DNA of 64,000 nt from Candidatus Hydrogenedentota bacterium (lineage in GTDB: Bacteria; Hydrogenedentota; Hydrogenedentia; Hydrogenedentales; G963678445): the NCBI GenBank assembly GCA_963678445.1, contig OY782877.1:3178503-3242502 (forward strand). The letters are read 5' to 3'. A model generated the notes under the pieces. It did not search any database and was not told the origin of the DNA. It was given only the letters and a program-made list of their open reading frames with translations. Made by a program: the position numbers and the translations under genes. Shown here piece after piece: positions 1 through 10,307 of the stretch (positions are counted from its first letter, which is position 1; each line of letters begins with the position of its first letter).

Positions 1-354
1 TATAAGGCGGCGCGGGTGGAGCGAGAACAGGCGTTTTTGGAGCGTGAGGAGCTTTGTTTTACGGTAATGTTGGAGGTGATTCGTGCGTATGAGGAAATGA
101 CGCGTGCGCAGGACAATCTGCATTTGGCGACGGCGGCTGCGGAGATGGCGGTGTCGCGTTTGGAGGAGGTTGAGGCGCAGTGGTCGGAAGGATTGATCAA
201 TCCGTCGGATCGACTGGATGCGGTGGCGCAACGGGATGCAGGGATAGCGAATCGAACGAGTGCGAGGTTTATGGAACAGGTCGGTGTGGCCACACTGCAC
301 AATGTGTTGGGTGCGACGTATATGCGTGGGAAGGTGGACAATGATGAGAAGTAA
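1..354 (+). CDS. Outer-membrane efflux protein (TolC/OprM family), C-terminal fragment; the 5' end lies outside the window
   Basis: The reading frame is open from base 1 to the stop at 354. The alpha-helical coiled-coil-like C-terminus is typical of outer-membrane efflux factors. The gene sits immediately upstream of, and overlaps, the RND adaptor gene. Confidence 0.55.
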   Translation, partial: YKAARVEREQAFLEREELCFTVMLEVIRAYEEMTRAQDNLHLATAAAEMAVSRLEEVEAQWSEGLINPSDRLDAVAQRDAGIANRTSARFMEQVGVATLHNVLGATYMRGKVDNDEK

Positions 355-1522
355 ACGTGAATTTTGTGGCGTGGTTATTGGCGTGTTGCTGTTGCATCTG
401 ACGATGGCGGGCTGTGCCCCGAAGAAGGAGGATGCGGTGGTGGCGGAAAAACGGGTTGCGGTGGTCTTGCAACCGGCTGAGGAGCGTGAGTTTAAAGAGG
501 GCTTTGTGGTGCAGGGAAATCTGCAGGCGAAAGATTTTGCCTTGGTCGGACCGCTGATCCCGGGCACGCTGGAAAAGATTTATGTGGATGAGGGGGATGC
601 GGTGGTGGCAGGGGAAACGGTGCTGTTTGAGAGTGATGCGGTTAAGGTGCGCGAGGCGGTGCAGGTGAGCCGTCAGGATTTGGCGTTGGCCAAGGGACAG
701 CAGCGGGAAGCGCAGGCCAATCTGGATGCTCAATTGGCACAGTTTGAGAAGGCGGAGATTGATTATGAACGTTTCTTGCGTTTGCGTGAGAAAGACGCGG
801 TGACGAAAGATGCGATGGAGCAGCAGACGATGCGGTATAAGGCGATGAAGGCGGGGCTGGAGCATGCACGTACGGTGGTTGATTTGGCGGCGGAGCAGAT
901 GAAGAAGGCGCAGGCGGGATTGGCAATTGCAGAGAAGAATTTGAAGGATTCGACGGTGAAGGCGCCGATTAGCGGTGTGGTTAGTTACAAGATGAAGGAG
1001 CAGGGGGAGTTTGGCAGTGTGGGGCATCCTGTAGTACGGATTGAGAATACGGATGTATTGGAAATGTCGGCTTTTGTGCCGGGTGAGTATTACCCGCGTA
1101 TTGTGCCGGGTGAAACGAAGGTGCGAATCAGCGCCAATGGAATTGATGCAGGTGAGTTTGTTGTGGCATACAAGAGTCCTACCATACAGCCACAGTTACG
1201 CACCTTTGAGGTGAAGTGCATTTTGGAGAATCCGGAGGAGGGCATTGTCTCTGGAGCAATGGCTGAAGTAGATATTTTGCTGCAAACGCGCATGGGACTG
1301 GGTGTGCCGGTAGCTTCGGTGCAGACGCGTGGCAGTAAAACGGTGGTGTTTCTGATGGAGAATGAAAAGGCGCGTATGGAGCCGGTGGAAACGGGTTTGC
1401 AGAGTGATGGTTGGGTGGAGTTGATTTCGCCTTCGTTTGCGGCGGGGACGCCGGTGGTGCGTTTGGGACAGTACATGTTGGATGAAGGGGATTTGGTGGA
1501 TGTGCAGAAAGGAGACGTCTGA
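341..1522 (+). CDS. RND efflux periplasmic adaptor (membrane fusion protein, AcrA/HlyD family)
   Basis: Start re-assigned to ATG 341 (MMRSKREF...), which begins a lipoprotein-like signal (LLLHLTMAGC). Coiled-coil hairpin region (QANLDAQLAQFEKAEIDYERF...) and beta-barrel segments. Its stop overlaps the start of the RND pump gene at 1522. Confidence 0.8.
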   Translation: MMRSKREFCGVVIGVLLLHLTMAGCAPKKEDAVVAEKRVAVVLQPAEEREFKEGFVVQGNLQAKDFALVGPLIPGTLEKIYVDEGDAVVAGETVLFESDAVKVREAVQVSRQDLALAKGQQREAQANLDAQLAQFEKAEIDYERFLRLREKDAVTKDAMEQQTMRYKAMKAGLEHARTVVDLAAEQMKKAQAGLAIAEKNLKDSTVKAPISGVVSYKMKEQGEFGSVGHPVVRIENTDVLEMSAFVPGEYYPRIVPGETKVRISANGIDAGEFVVAYKSPTIQPQLRTFEVKCILENPEEGIVSGAMAEVDILLQTRMGLGVPVASVQTRGSKTVVFLMENEKARMEPVETGLQSDGWVELISPSFAAGTPVVRLGQYMLDEGDLVDVQKGDV

Positions 1523-4500
1523 TGTTTTTGTCGTCTGCTTCGTTGCGCAGACCGGTGGCTATGTGCTGCCTGATTATTGCGCTGACTTTGTTAGGGATGA
1601 ACAGCTATCGAAAGTTGGGGCTGGAAAGTCTGCCGGAAATTGATACGCCGTATATCAATATTGTGACGATTTATCCGGGGGGGACGCCTTCGGATATTGA
1701 AACGGATATTGCGAAGCGCATTGAGGATGTGGTCGTTTCTATTGATGGGTTGAAGCATGTAACGTCGGCATGTATGGAAAATGTCTGCCAGACGCTGCTG
1801 GAATTCAATCTGGATGTCGATGTGGATGTGGCGGCCAATGATGTGCGTGAAAAGATCGATTTGATCATCAATGATTTTCCTGAGGGTACGGAAAAGCCGA
1901 AGGTTTTGAAGTATGACATTAATGCGAAGCCGATCATTAACCTGGCGCTGACGGGGGATGTGCCGGTGGATGAGTTGTATGACTTCGCGGATAACACGCT
2001 GAGCGATCGTCTTACGATGATTGCGGGGGTGGCGGAGGTGCAGCTTATTGGCGGTGCTGAACGTGAAGTGCATGTCTTGCTGGATCGCAGAAAACTGGCG
2101 GCGCGGGGATTGGCGAGTGCCGAGGTGGTGGAAGCGTTGGGTAGAGGGGTTCGGCTGATTCCTTCGGGGCGTGTACGTGACAGTGGCGTGGAGTATGCGG
2201 TCAAGTTTGACAGTGAGTATGCGTCGTTGGAGGCGATGGAGGGCTTTGAGGTGCGCAATCAGGAGGGGCAGCGTTGCTATCTGCGTGATATTGGTCGGGT
2301 GGTAATGAGTACGGAAGAGGTACGGGAAACCTCTTATATTAATGGAAAGCCTTGTGTGGCGATCAAGGTGGTGAAAAAGGCGGATGCCAATGCGGTGGCG
2401 GTGGTGGAGCAGGTAAAGGCGGCGATGAGTAAATTGCGTGAGAATTTGCCCGGTGGTATGGAACTGGTATGGGTTTCGGATGACGGAACGGTGACGCAGG
2501 CGGAGGTGAATAGTACGGTGATTAATATTATTCAGGGGATCTTTCTGACAGCGTTTATCCTCTTTTTCTTTTTGTATGATTTCAGGGCGACGCTGATTGT
2601 GGCGATTACGATGCCGTTGACGGTGGTTATAACGTTTTTTGCGATGCAGTTGGTGGGATATACACTTAATTTGTCTACCTTACTGGCTTTAGGTTTATCG
2701 GTTGGTATTCTTGTGACGAATTCTATCGTAGTTCTGGAAAGCATCATGAAGCGCCTGGAGCGGACTGGGAATGTGGTTGAGTCGGCGCGTTTGGGCGCAT
2801 CGGAGGTGGGTGTAGCGGTCTTGGCCAGTGCAGGCACTAACCTGGTGGTGTTGTTTCCGATCTATATGATGGGAAGTATGGTCGGGAAGTTTTTCGGTCC
2901 TTTTGCGTTAACCATGGTGCTGGTGACACTGGCATCGTTGTTCATTTCCTTTACGTTAACGCCGATTCTGGCCAGTGTATTGCTTAAACCCAAGGACAAG
3001 AAAAAGAAAACGGTATTGGCTGCTATGGAAACGGGCTGGAACCGGATGTTCAACTGGTTTGCCTCGGGTTTTGCGCGTTTTCTGCGTTTCTTCGAACGGC
3101 ATCGTATGGCGGCCCTGCTTTTTCTTGGAGGTGTTGTGCTGCTGTTTTTCCACAGCATGCACATGGCTGGGAATTTGGGCTTTGACTTTTTCCCGGAACC
3201 GGATCGCGGGGAGGTCTTTTTAAAGCTGGAGTTTCCCACGGAGTACGATTTGGCGCGTACAACGGACCGGGTTAAAAATGTGGAGGAACGCATCAAGGAT
3301 GTGCCCGAGTTGCTCCATGTCTTAACGACGATTGGTAAGGTGCAGGGGGTGGTAGGACGTTCGTCGGAAGGGGTGTATCTGGCGCAGTTGTTATTGAAGT
3401 TTACGGATAAAACGGAGCGCGAAGAGTCGATTGAAGCTCTAATGGCGATGGTGCGGACGCGTATGGATGGCTATGCAGGCTGCATTGTAACGGTAGCGCA
3501 GGCCAATATGATTGGCGGGCAGAGTTCGCCGATTGAGTTGGAGATATCGGGGGATGAATTCCCGATTCTGGACAGATTGGCGTTGGAGGCGCAGGAGCTG
3601 GCAGAGTCTATTCCAGGCTATCAGGAGCCGGATACGACGGTCCGTATTGGCAAGCCGGAACAGCGGATTCTTCCCAAGCGCGCCGTGTTGGGTGATTTGG
3701 GTATGCCTGCTACGGGCCTGGGGTATACATTACGTGCGAATCTGGAGGGCCTGACGGCGGCGGTGTATAAGGAGAACGCGCGCAACTATGATGTCGTTGT
3801 GAAGTTGGAGGAGGAGGAGGGGTATGAACAGGTGAAGAATTTCCAATTCCCGGGTGTGACAGGTCATCCCCTGGCGTTGGCGGCGATTGGGGAATTGGAG
3901 AATACGCGTGCGCCGGTGCAAATCATGCGCAAGGACAAGCAACGCATGTCCAAATTGTTTTCCAATCTGGATATGCCGATGAAGGATGCGGTGGATGCGT
4001 TGACGGTGAAACTGGAAAATGAGATGCAGTTTCCTCCCAATTACTCGTATTTCTTCGGCGGTGAAGCGGAAATGATGGATGAGGCGGTGTTGGAGTTTTT
4101 GGAGGCGGCCATTATTGCGCTGGTGCTGACGTATTTGGTGTTGGCGGCTATTCTGGAGTCATTCCGTCAGCCCTTTATTATCATGCTAACGGTTCCCTTG
4201 GGTTTTATGGGAATTATCTATGCGCTGTATATTACCGGCGAAGATTTCTCTATGTTTGTGCTTCTGGGTGCAGTAATGCTGGTGGGCATCGTGGTGAATA
4301 ACGCGATCCTGATTATGGACCAGTTGAATCAATATGTGCAGCAGGGGGTACCGCGTCACGAAGCGATGGTCAAAGCGGCCTCCGAACGTTTTCGTCCCAT
4401 TGTAATGATCACGCTGGCCGCCATTTTGGGTATGTTGCCGTTGGCGATGACGCAAGGTATCGGTAGTGAAAATCGAAATGGTATTGGGATTGCATCGGTC

Positions 4501-4635
4501 GGCGGTATTGCTGTGTCGGCCTTGTTGACCTTGTTTGTCCTACCGATTCTTTACGATTTTTCTACACGAGGCAAGAAAAAGGTGAAGCATAAAAAAGACC
4601 CATCTCAATCCCCTTCGCAAGTGCAAAGCGAGTAA
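1522..4635 (+). CDS. RND multidrug efflux transporter permease (AcrB/HAE1 family)
   Basis: 1037-aa ORF with 12 predicted TM segments and two large periplasmic loops, the characteristic AcrB architecture. Translationally coupled to the adaptor gene. Confidence 0.9.
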   Translation: MFLSSASLRRPVAMCCLIIALTLLGMNSYRKLGLESLPEIDTPYINIVTIYPGGTPSDIETDIAKRIEDVVVSIDGLKHVTSACMENVCQTLLEFNLDVDVDVAANDVREKIDLIINDFPEGTEKPKVLKYDINAKPIINLALTGDVPVDELYDFADNTLSDRLTMIAGVAEVQLIGGAEREVHVLLDRRKLAARGLASAEVVEALGRGVRLIPSGRVRDSGVEYAVKFDSEYASLEAMEGFEVRNQEGQRCYLRDIGRVVMSTEEVRETSYINGKPCVAIKVVKKADANAVAVVEQVKAAMSKLRENLPGGMELVWVSDDGTVTQAEVNSTVINIIQGIFLTAFILFFFLYDFRATLIVAITMPLTVVITFFAMQLVGYTLNLSTLLALGLSVGILVTNSIVVLESIMKRLERTGNVVESARLGASEVGVAVLASAGTNLVVLFPIYMMGSMVGKFFGPFALTMVLVTLASLFISFTLTPILASVLLKPKDKKKKTVLAAMETGWNRMFNWFASGFARFLRFFERHRMAALLFLGGVVLLFFHSMHMAGNLGFDFFPEPDRGEVFLKLEFPTEYDLARTTDRVKNVEERIKDVPELLHVLTTIGKVQGVVGRSSEGVYLAQLLLKFTDKTEREESIEALMAMVRTRMDGYAGCIVTVAQANMIGGQSSPIELEISGDEFPILDRLALEAQELAESIPGYQEPDTTVRIGKPEQRILPKRAVLGDLGMPATGLGYTLRANLEGLTAAVYKENARNYDVVVKLEEEEGYEQVKNFQFPGVTGHPLALAAIGELENTRAPVQIMRKDKQRMSKLFSNLDMPMKDAVDALTVKLENEMQFPPNYSYFFGGEAEMMDEAVLEFLEAAIIALVLTYLVLAAILESFRQPFIIMLTVPLGFMGIIYALYITGEDFSMFVLLGAVMLVGIVVNNAILIMDQLNQYVQQGVPRHEAMVKAASERFRPIVMITLAAILGMLPLAMTQGIGSENRNGIGIASVGGIAVSALLTLFVLPILYDFSTRGKKKVKHKKDPSQSPSQVQSE

Positions 4636-4654
4636 TCGTATAGTGCGTATACAT

Positions 4655-4690
4655 AAAGCACCGGAGCTAAAAGCTCCGGTGCTTTTTTTT
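4655..4690 (+). terminator. Rho-independent terminator after the RND operon
   Basis: Perfect hairpin aaagcaccggagct-aaaa-agctccggtgcttt followed by an 8-T run, 20 nt after the AcrB-like stop. Confidence 0.75.
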
Positions 4691-4902
4691 GGCTTTAGGG
4701 CGAGGCCGGAGTTGTGTTCCTATGATTCGGTATCGAAGCAGGAAAGTGGAGGAAGGAATAGTTTGTCGACCTGATATGGTGGATTGCACTGCGGATCTGT
4801 GTTGGTTGTTGGTGTAATATCGGCTTTGCTATGATGACGCCTGATATTTGATTCGGTTTCCAGGGATTAGGCGCTGGTGAATTTCCTTTACAGGAGTGCG
4901 TA

Positions 4903-5667
4903 ATGATGAATACAGGTGTAGAAGGGGCGAATGAACCGCGGGAAGATGTGTTTTCAAAGGCATTTTTGCCTTTGGTTTGCATAAGTGGCGTGGCGTTTGT
5001 GCTATTTATTGTAGGGGTCTGCTTGTTTTCGTTTTTTGGCGAGCGCTACGCGGATCGCCTGAGTGGAGAAATCGGCGAGTTGCAGAGTCAGCATGCGCAG
5101 GCCCTGGCTGAGATCGGACAGACGGAGAATGCGATTGCCGCGTATGAAAAGGCGCTTGCGTTGCGCTTTGATGATCCACGGCAGCGAGGGTGGACCTTAC
5201 GGCGCTTGGGGCGTTTGTTGTTGCAGGAGGAGCGTGCGGCGGATGCGTTGCCGTATTTGCAGGAATGTATCGCCGCGTATCCGGAGGATTTGGTGGCGCA
5301 GGATTTACATGCAAGTGCGTTGCGTTTAACGAAGCAGTATGCGGCGTTGGTGACTGCGGCCCAAGCCTGGGAAGCGCAAGCGCGTGGTCAGGGTAATGCG
5401 CATAATCAATCTCTGGCGCAGTATAGCCTGGGGATGGCGTATGAGGGATTGGAGAAACCGGAAGAGGCCTTGGCGGCGTATCTGCAGGGACACGCATTGG
5501 AAGCGTCGGGGGTGAATGCTTATCATGCGGCAACGATGGCCTATAAGTTGGGGGACTATGAACGGGCATTGGAATTGGTGGATGCGTATTTGGAGGTGGG
5601 GGTCGGCTGGCGTTTGAAATCGGCTAAACGGTTGCGACGGCAAATCGAAAGTGCGCGTCAATCATGA
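4903..5667 (+). CDS. TPR-repeat protein with N-terminal TM segment
   Basis: RBS aggagtg upstream. TPR-like AxxA/LG helices (AIAAYEKALALRFDD...). Stop overlaps the next start (ATGA). Confidence 0.55.
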   Translation: MMNTGVEGANEPREDVFSKAFLPLVCISGVAFVLFIVGVCLFSFFGERYADRLSGEIGELQSQHAQALAEIGQTENAIAAYEKALALRFDDPRQRGWTLRRLGRLLLQEERAADALPYLQECIAAYPEDLVAQDLHASALRLTKQYAALVTAAQAWEAQARGQGNAHNQSLAQYSLGMAYEGLEKPEEALAAYLQGHALEASGVNAYHAATMAYKLGDYERALELVDAYLEVGVGWRLKSAKRLRRQIESARQS

Positions 5668-7811
5668 TGCGCATGCCGGATTGGAGTAGGGGGCGATTGT
5701 TTTTCCTGCTGCTTTTCGCCGTGGCGTGGCCGTGGGAGATTTTTCAGCGTGTTCCGATCCTAGGGGGGACGGTGGCAAGTTGGGCCGGGTTGGTTTGTAT
5801 TGCCTGGGCGATTATAGAAGCGCTGTTGCAGCGGCGTCTTTGGCGACGAACAGGCCTGGAGGCCCCTATCGCACTGTTGGCGGTGGCGTGTCTTCAATCG
5901 GCATCGCATACGCTTGACTGGGGTTTGACGGCGCCGCTTCTGCGTCAGTATCTGCTTTATCTGGTTCTGTTTTACGCGGTATACCAACTGGTTCGTACTC
6001 CAAGTGAAGCGGTATTACTGTGTTCGGTTTTTATGGTGAGTTGCGTATTTGTGGGGTTCTTTTCGTTGATTTGCGCAGGGGGCGTGTTGCACCCGGCTTA
6101 TATTGGGGCTACGCATGCCTTTGGTCGCAGGATGGGGGCGGAGGTGCAGATGGGAGCCTTGATGCGGATTGCTGCGACGACGCTGGATTTTAATCAGGGT
6201 GTGTTTCCGTTGTTGTTGGCATTACCGATGGCGGCGTTACTGTGGTCAAACTCTCCTAAAGCGACAGTGCGATGGAGAGGGCGCGCAGGTGTGCTGTTGA
6301 TGCTGCTTGTGTTGACGGGGGGGATCGTCGTTTCGTTTTCTCGCAGTTCTATCTTGGGTATAGGGCTGGTGCTGGCACTTTTCTTTGCAACATGTTGGCT
6401 GCGTGCATCGCGTAAGGGGTGGGTGTTGACGGCGATTGCGGCCTGTGTTGGGGTGGGCGTGGTGCTGCTTTGGATAAGTGGCTACGGAGAAGCGCTGTGG
6501 TTGCGTGCGTTGCGTGGGTTAACGTCGCGGGATGCGTCATACCAATCACGACTGTATGTGTTTCAGCTGGCCGGACGATTGTTGCCGACCTATGCATGGT
6601 TTGGAACCGGTTTGGGAGCGTCGGTGAAGGCCATCGCAGCGGTGGCGGACCCGCAAGTATGGCAGGGTACGGTCATTCATAGCGTGCCCGGACGTTTTCT
6701 TTTGGAAACGGGTATATTGGGCTTGGTCGGGTATCTCTGGTTGTGGGGGGGGATGCTGCGTTTAGCCTGGCGTCGTTTCCGTACGGCCGAGGAGCAGGTA
6801 CGACAACGACTGGCAGGCGTTGTGTTGTTGGTGTACGGCGTAGGCTTCTGGATTCTTCTGGTGCAACCCTTTATGGCTTTGTCCTTGTTTCCTTTTTTGC
6901 TGGCGCTTTTTCAGGCGGGGCTGCGAGTGGAGAAGGCCTCATTGAAGAAGAGCGCTGATCGTGGCGGTGAGCGGGGGATGGCAGTGCTGGCAGGCGTGCT
7001 GATAGTGCTATTGGTGATGCTGAATGTGACGCGGTATCAACAAACCTGCCGTTGGCTGTTTCAGTATGGGGATGTACTGGAAACCGGGATAGCGGCGGAG
7101 CAGGAGGGCGATTGGGAGGCGGCGTGCTTGCAGTATGAAGATGCCGCGAATCGTCTCAAGGGGCTTGGCGGAGTGGATGCCTGGGAAAAACTGCCTTATT
7201 CGGATGTGGCAATGGAGATAGCTGGGTTGGCCTGGGTCTGTGATGCGATGGAAGTGGCTGAGGTTGGGGGGCATTTACGTCCTGTTGTTGCAAGTGCGCT
7301 GGGATTAGCGCGTGTTGCGTATGCCAAGGGAGATTTTAAAGCGGCCCGGACGCGGTTTGAGCAGGTTTTAGGCCTTTCGAAGGCAGATATATACGCGTAT
7401 ATGTTGGCGGAGACGTATTGGGTTGAGGGCACGTATGCAAAGGCTATACAGGAATATGGGCGTGCGGGAATTTTGCCCCAAACGGCAGATTTTAAGGAAT
7501 TGATGGCGAGGTTAGAGGATTCTATTCGTACTGCAGCGTTGCAGGAGGGGGTAGAATCAGGTGTGGAGGCGGCAAACCTCATGGTGAAGCAAGGGCGTTT
7601 TGAGGAAGCGATAGCAATGTGTCGTGAGGTGTTGCAAGCGGGCGATGTCTCCGCCGAAGCATGTTTTTTGATGGGGGTGGATGCAGAATGCACCGGGGAA
7701 AAGACGCTTGCCTGTGACTGGTATGAACGCGCCATTGCGGTGCTGCCCAGTCATCAGCAAGCACAGCTGCGATTAAGTACACTTGTGGCGCAAAAACCAC
7801 AACGCAAGTGA
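5664..7811 (+). CDS. O-antigen ligase (Wzy_C/WaaL-like) polytopic membrane protein with C-terminal TPR domain
   Basis: About 400 aa with many TM helices and the O-antigen-ligase-type loop, then cytoplasmic TPR repeats (YAKGDFKAARTRFEQVL..., CDWYERAIAVLP). Confidence 0.65.
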   Translation: MMRMPDWSRGRLFFLLLFAVAWPWEIFQRVPILGGTVASWAGLVCIAWAIIEALLQRRLWRRTGLEAPIALLAVACLQSASHTLDWGLTAPLLRQYLLYLVLFYAVYQLVRTPSEAVLLCSVFMVSCVFVGFFSLICAGGVLHPAYIGATHAFGRRMGAEVQMGALMRIAATTLDFNQGVFPLLLALPMAALLWSNSPKATVRWRGRAGVLLMLLVLTGGIVVSFSRSSILGIGLVLALFFATCWLRASRKGWVLTAIAACVGVGVVLLWISGYGEALWLRALRGLTSRDASYQSRLYVFQLAGRLLPTYAWFGTGLGASVKAIAAVADPQVWQGTVIHSVPGRFLLETGILGLVGYLWLWGGMLRLAWRRFRTAEEQVRQRLAGVVLLVYGVGFWILLVQPFMALSLFPFLLALFQAGLRVEKASLKKSADRGGERGMAVLAGVLIVLLVMLNVTRYQQTCRWLFQYGDVLETGIAAEQEGDWEAACLQYEDAANRLKGLGGVDAWEKLPYSDVAMEIAGLAWVCDAMEVAEVGGHLRPVVASALGLARVAYAKGDFKAARTRFEQVLGLSKADIYAYMLAETYWVEGTYAKAIQEYGRAGILPQTADFKELMARLEDSIRTAALQEGVESGVEAANLMVKQGRFEEAIAMCREVLQAGDVSAEACFLMGVDAECTGEKTLACDWYERAIAVLPSHQQAQLRLSTLVAQKPQRK

Positions 7812-7913
7812 CCAGCGTTACCGTCAAGTGGTCCAGCGACCACAAGCAATATTTATGGTCCTGGGCGTAGTGTCCGCCGCAAAAAAACTAAATTTTATGT
7901 TAGCTTTTCAAAT
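7812..7913. repeat. REP/MITE-like intergenic repeat, copy A (GTGGTCCAGCGACCAC palindrome)
   Basis: Contains gtggtccagcgaccacaag ... atggtcct ... ccgcaaaaaaa ... ttttatgttagcttttcaaatttgagtcgcc. Same family as copies at 13357, 19984, 20241 and 45466. Confidence 0.8.
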
Positions 7914-7990
7914 TTGAGTCGCCAAAGTGGTCCAGCGACCACAAGCAAGTGGCCAGCGCCACCGGCGATATCTATATGGTCCTGACAGGC
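7914..7990. repeat. REP/MITE-like repeat, copy B (both palindromes)
   Basis: aaagtggtccagcgaccacaagcaagtggccagcgccaccggcgatatctatatggtcctgacagg. Tandem to copy A. Confidence 0.8.
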
Positions 7991-8073
7991 GTTTGGGAAG
8001 CGGATTATGGTAACTTGGTGTCTTGCACCTGGAATATAAATTGGCTATGCTACGTTATTAAAAACTAAGCGCT

Positions 8074-8126
8074 TCAGCGACCGGTGACCAGCGCCACCGG
8101 CTAAGTATGGTCCTTGACGTCCCGGA
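8074..8126. repeat. REP/MITE-like repeat, partial copy C
   Basis: cagcgaccggtgaccagcgccaccggctaagtatggtccttgacg. Carries the second palindrome plus the atggtcct box. Confidence 0.6.
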
Positions 8127-8209
8127 CCGGAACAAAGTTTTGTTATTTTTAAGGTAACTTTTGGGATGTCATTGTTTGGGATAATGAGTCACTAACCAGA
8201 GGAATTTTT

Positions 8210-9436
8210 TTGATGAATGTTTTGCACACCCTCCGATGGCTGAGTATCTCTTTATGTGTGGTGCTTGTGTTTGGTATGTCTGCTTTGGCACAGGAGCCGG
8301 ATGCTGCGCCAGATGCCAAGGCTTTGACACAAAAGGCGATGACGTTTTTTTCGAATCTGGACAGTATGTCGGTCGATTTGGCGATGGGACTGCATGTAGA
8401 GCGCGGTGACAAGATTCATGACCGGTCTATTGATGCCCATTTTGCGTTGCGGGGTGAAAAGGAAGTCTATTTGACGCTTAAAGACCCCAAGGCGAAGGAA
8501 GAACTTTTCGGCAATGGTGAGACGATAACGATCTACCATTCGGCTCAAAAGAACTATATGGTGCATGAATTGGCTCAAAAGCGCTGGCAAACTACGGCGC
8601 TTCTTGGTGGGGATGCGTTTCGACCTGCTATGTTAATGATAGCGTATCTTGTTCATAATGAATCAACCCTTTTTAATGGAGTTGATGAGGTTAAGTATAT
8701 CGGGCAGGAGGCCTGTGGGGATGATGGCGCTTTGTGTGATCATGTGCGTCTGATTGGTGCAAGTCAGGATGTGGATTTATGGCTTGCCGTCGGTGATGAG
8801 CCGTTACCGCGACGGCTGCAGGTGGTGCTGGATAAGCAGTATCTTGCCCCTGGTGCGCAAAAACCTGTTTTGCATGTGGAGATCCGTGTTGATTTGACCA
8901 ATTGGACGGTTAATACGATTTTGCCGGACGATATGTTTACGTTTACCCCACCCGAAGGCGTTACCCGCAAGCTGAGCCAGGAAGAGATCCAGGAGCGTGC
9001 AGCACATCGGGGGAAACCGGCCCCCCAAGTCGAATTGGATTTGTTGGGCGGGGGTAAGTTGGACCTCGCAGCGCATAAGGGAAAGAATATTGTTATTCTG
9101 GATTTCTTTGCAACCTGGTGTCCGCCCTGTCGTGTCGCCATGCCGATACTTGCCCAGATAGCCCAGGACTATGCGGATAAGAACGTTGTGCTGTATGGGA
9201 TTAATCAGGGGGAAGCGGCTGAAAGAGTGCAGGCCTTACTGGATAATATGAAGCTCTCCATGACGGTTGCGCTGGACAAGAATGCGCAGTATGGTAAACT
9301 CTATGGCGTGCAGGGTATTCCGCATATGGTCATCATTGACAAAGAGGGTGTTGTGCGTCAGGTTCACCGGGGTGCGCCGGAAAACCTTAAAGAAGAGGTT
9401 AAGAAGGACTTGGATGCGCTGCTGGAGGAGGGGTAA
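8210..9436 (+). CDS. Secreted LolA-like (DUF2092-type) domain fused to a TlpA/ResA-like thiol:disulfide oxidoreductase
   Basis: Signal peptide (LSISLCVVLVFGMSALAQ). C-terminal thioredoxin fold with a WCPPC active site (FFATWCPPCRVAMP). Confidence 0.7.
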   Translation: MMNVLHTLRWLSISLCVVLVFGMSALAQEPDAAPDAKALTQKAMTFFSNLDSMSVDLAMGLHVERGDKIHDRSIDAHFALRGEKEVYLTLKDPKAKEELFGNGETITIYHSAQKNYMVHELAQKRWQTTALLGGDAFRPAMLMIAYLVHNESTLFNGVDEVKYIGQEACGDDGALCDHVRLIGASQDVDLWLAVGDEPLPRRLQVVLDKQYLAPGAQKPVLHVEIRVDLTNWTVNTILPDDMFTFTPPEGVTRKLSQEEIQERAAHRGKPAPQVELDLLGGGKLDLAAHKGKNIVILDFFATWCPPCRVAMPILAQIAQDYADKNVVLYGINQGEAAERVQALLDNMKLSMTVALDKNAQYGKLYGVQGIPHMVIIDKEGVVRQVHRGAPENLKEEVKKDLDALLEEG

Positions 9437-9465
9437 GAGGTAGTAGTGTTTTATATGCAATAGGG

Positions 9466-9497
9466 ACGGGGCGGCTCATTCGAGCCGCCCCGATTTT
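9466..9497. terminator. Bidirectional hairpin terminator between convergent genes
   Basis: acggggcggctc-attc-gagccgccccg followed by attttgtt. Lies between the + gene ending at 9436 and the - gene ending at 9519. Confidence 0.6.
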
Positions 9498-9518
9498 GTT
9501 AGGAAGAAACGCATCCAC

Positions 9519-10307
9519 TCAGGCACATAAAGATGGTTCAATAGCGACACGTTCGCTCAGGTCGGCAATACTGTCGACGATTTCGCTGGGGCTGAAGCCA
9601 TAGGCGTCGAGATCACATTTTGAGGTGCCGCCTGTAAGTACAAGCACCGTGTGATATCCCATATTCACTCCGCCCAGAATATCGGTCTCCATAGTATCGC
9701 CCACCATAACTGTTTCCGTTGCGGTCAGCCCGAGTTCTTTTCGAGCGGCCCGCATCATAATCGGGCTGGGTTTGCCTACGCTGAACGCTTTCACCCCGGT
9801 TGCCGCTTCGATCATGGCCACAAAAGCGCCACAACCGGGACGAATGCCGTTGGGGGTAGGGCAGCTGGGGTCGAGATTGGTGGCAATCAGTTTGGCGCCA
9901 TCCCGTACCAGATTGACCGCGCGTTCAATTGCCTCCAAATTGAGGGTCCGGCCTTCGCCTACCACAACATAATCGACATCGTGATCAAGGATTGAGTATC
10001 CATTACGGTGTAGTGCATTTAATAATCCGCCCTCGCCGATTACATAAGAGGTGCCGTGCGGTTTTTGCTGTGCCATAAAACGTGCTGTTGCCATTGCGCA
10101 GGTGAAGATATGGCGCTCTTCGACCTCAAAGCCCATGCGCTGCAGTTTAGTGACCGTATCCCGGCGTGTGCGCTGGCTGTTATTGGTTAAGAATAGAAAG
10201 GGGATATTCTGGCTACGTAACCGGTGGATAAATTCAACGGCGCCCGGGATTACCTCGCTACCGCGGTAAATAACCCCATCCATGTCGATAAGAAAGCCGG
10301 TGCTCAT
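9519..10307 (-). CDS. HAD-superfamily subfamily IIA hydrolase (NagD/sugar-phosphatase-like)
   Basis: N-terminal DMDGV motif (FLIDMDGVIY), LTNNS motif II, GDxxxTD motif (VGDTMETDILGG). Confidence 0.85.
   Translation of the reverse strand: MSTGFLIDMDGVIYRGSEVIPGAVEFIHRLRSQNIPFLFLTNNSQRTRRDTVTKLQRMGFEVEERHIFTCAMATARFMAQQKPHGTSYVIGEGGLLNALHRNGYSILDHDVDYVVVGEGRTLNLEAIERAVNLVRDGAKLIATNLDPSCPTPNGIRPGCGAFVAMIEAATGVKAFSVGKPSPIMMRAARKELGLTATETVMVGDTMETDILGGVNMGYHTVLVLTGGTSKCDLDAYGFSPSEIVDSIADLSERVAIEPSLCA

Noticed and set aside
269-4455. Numerous minus-strand and alternative-frame ORFs (for example 269-1027, 1090-1476, 1591-2258, 2862-3296) inside the RND adaptor and pump genes.
   Set aside because: They overlap long, motif-supported plus-strand genes in a GC-rich region, which gives typical antisense open frames. 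No independent support.
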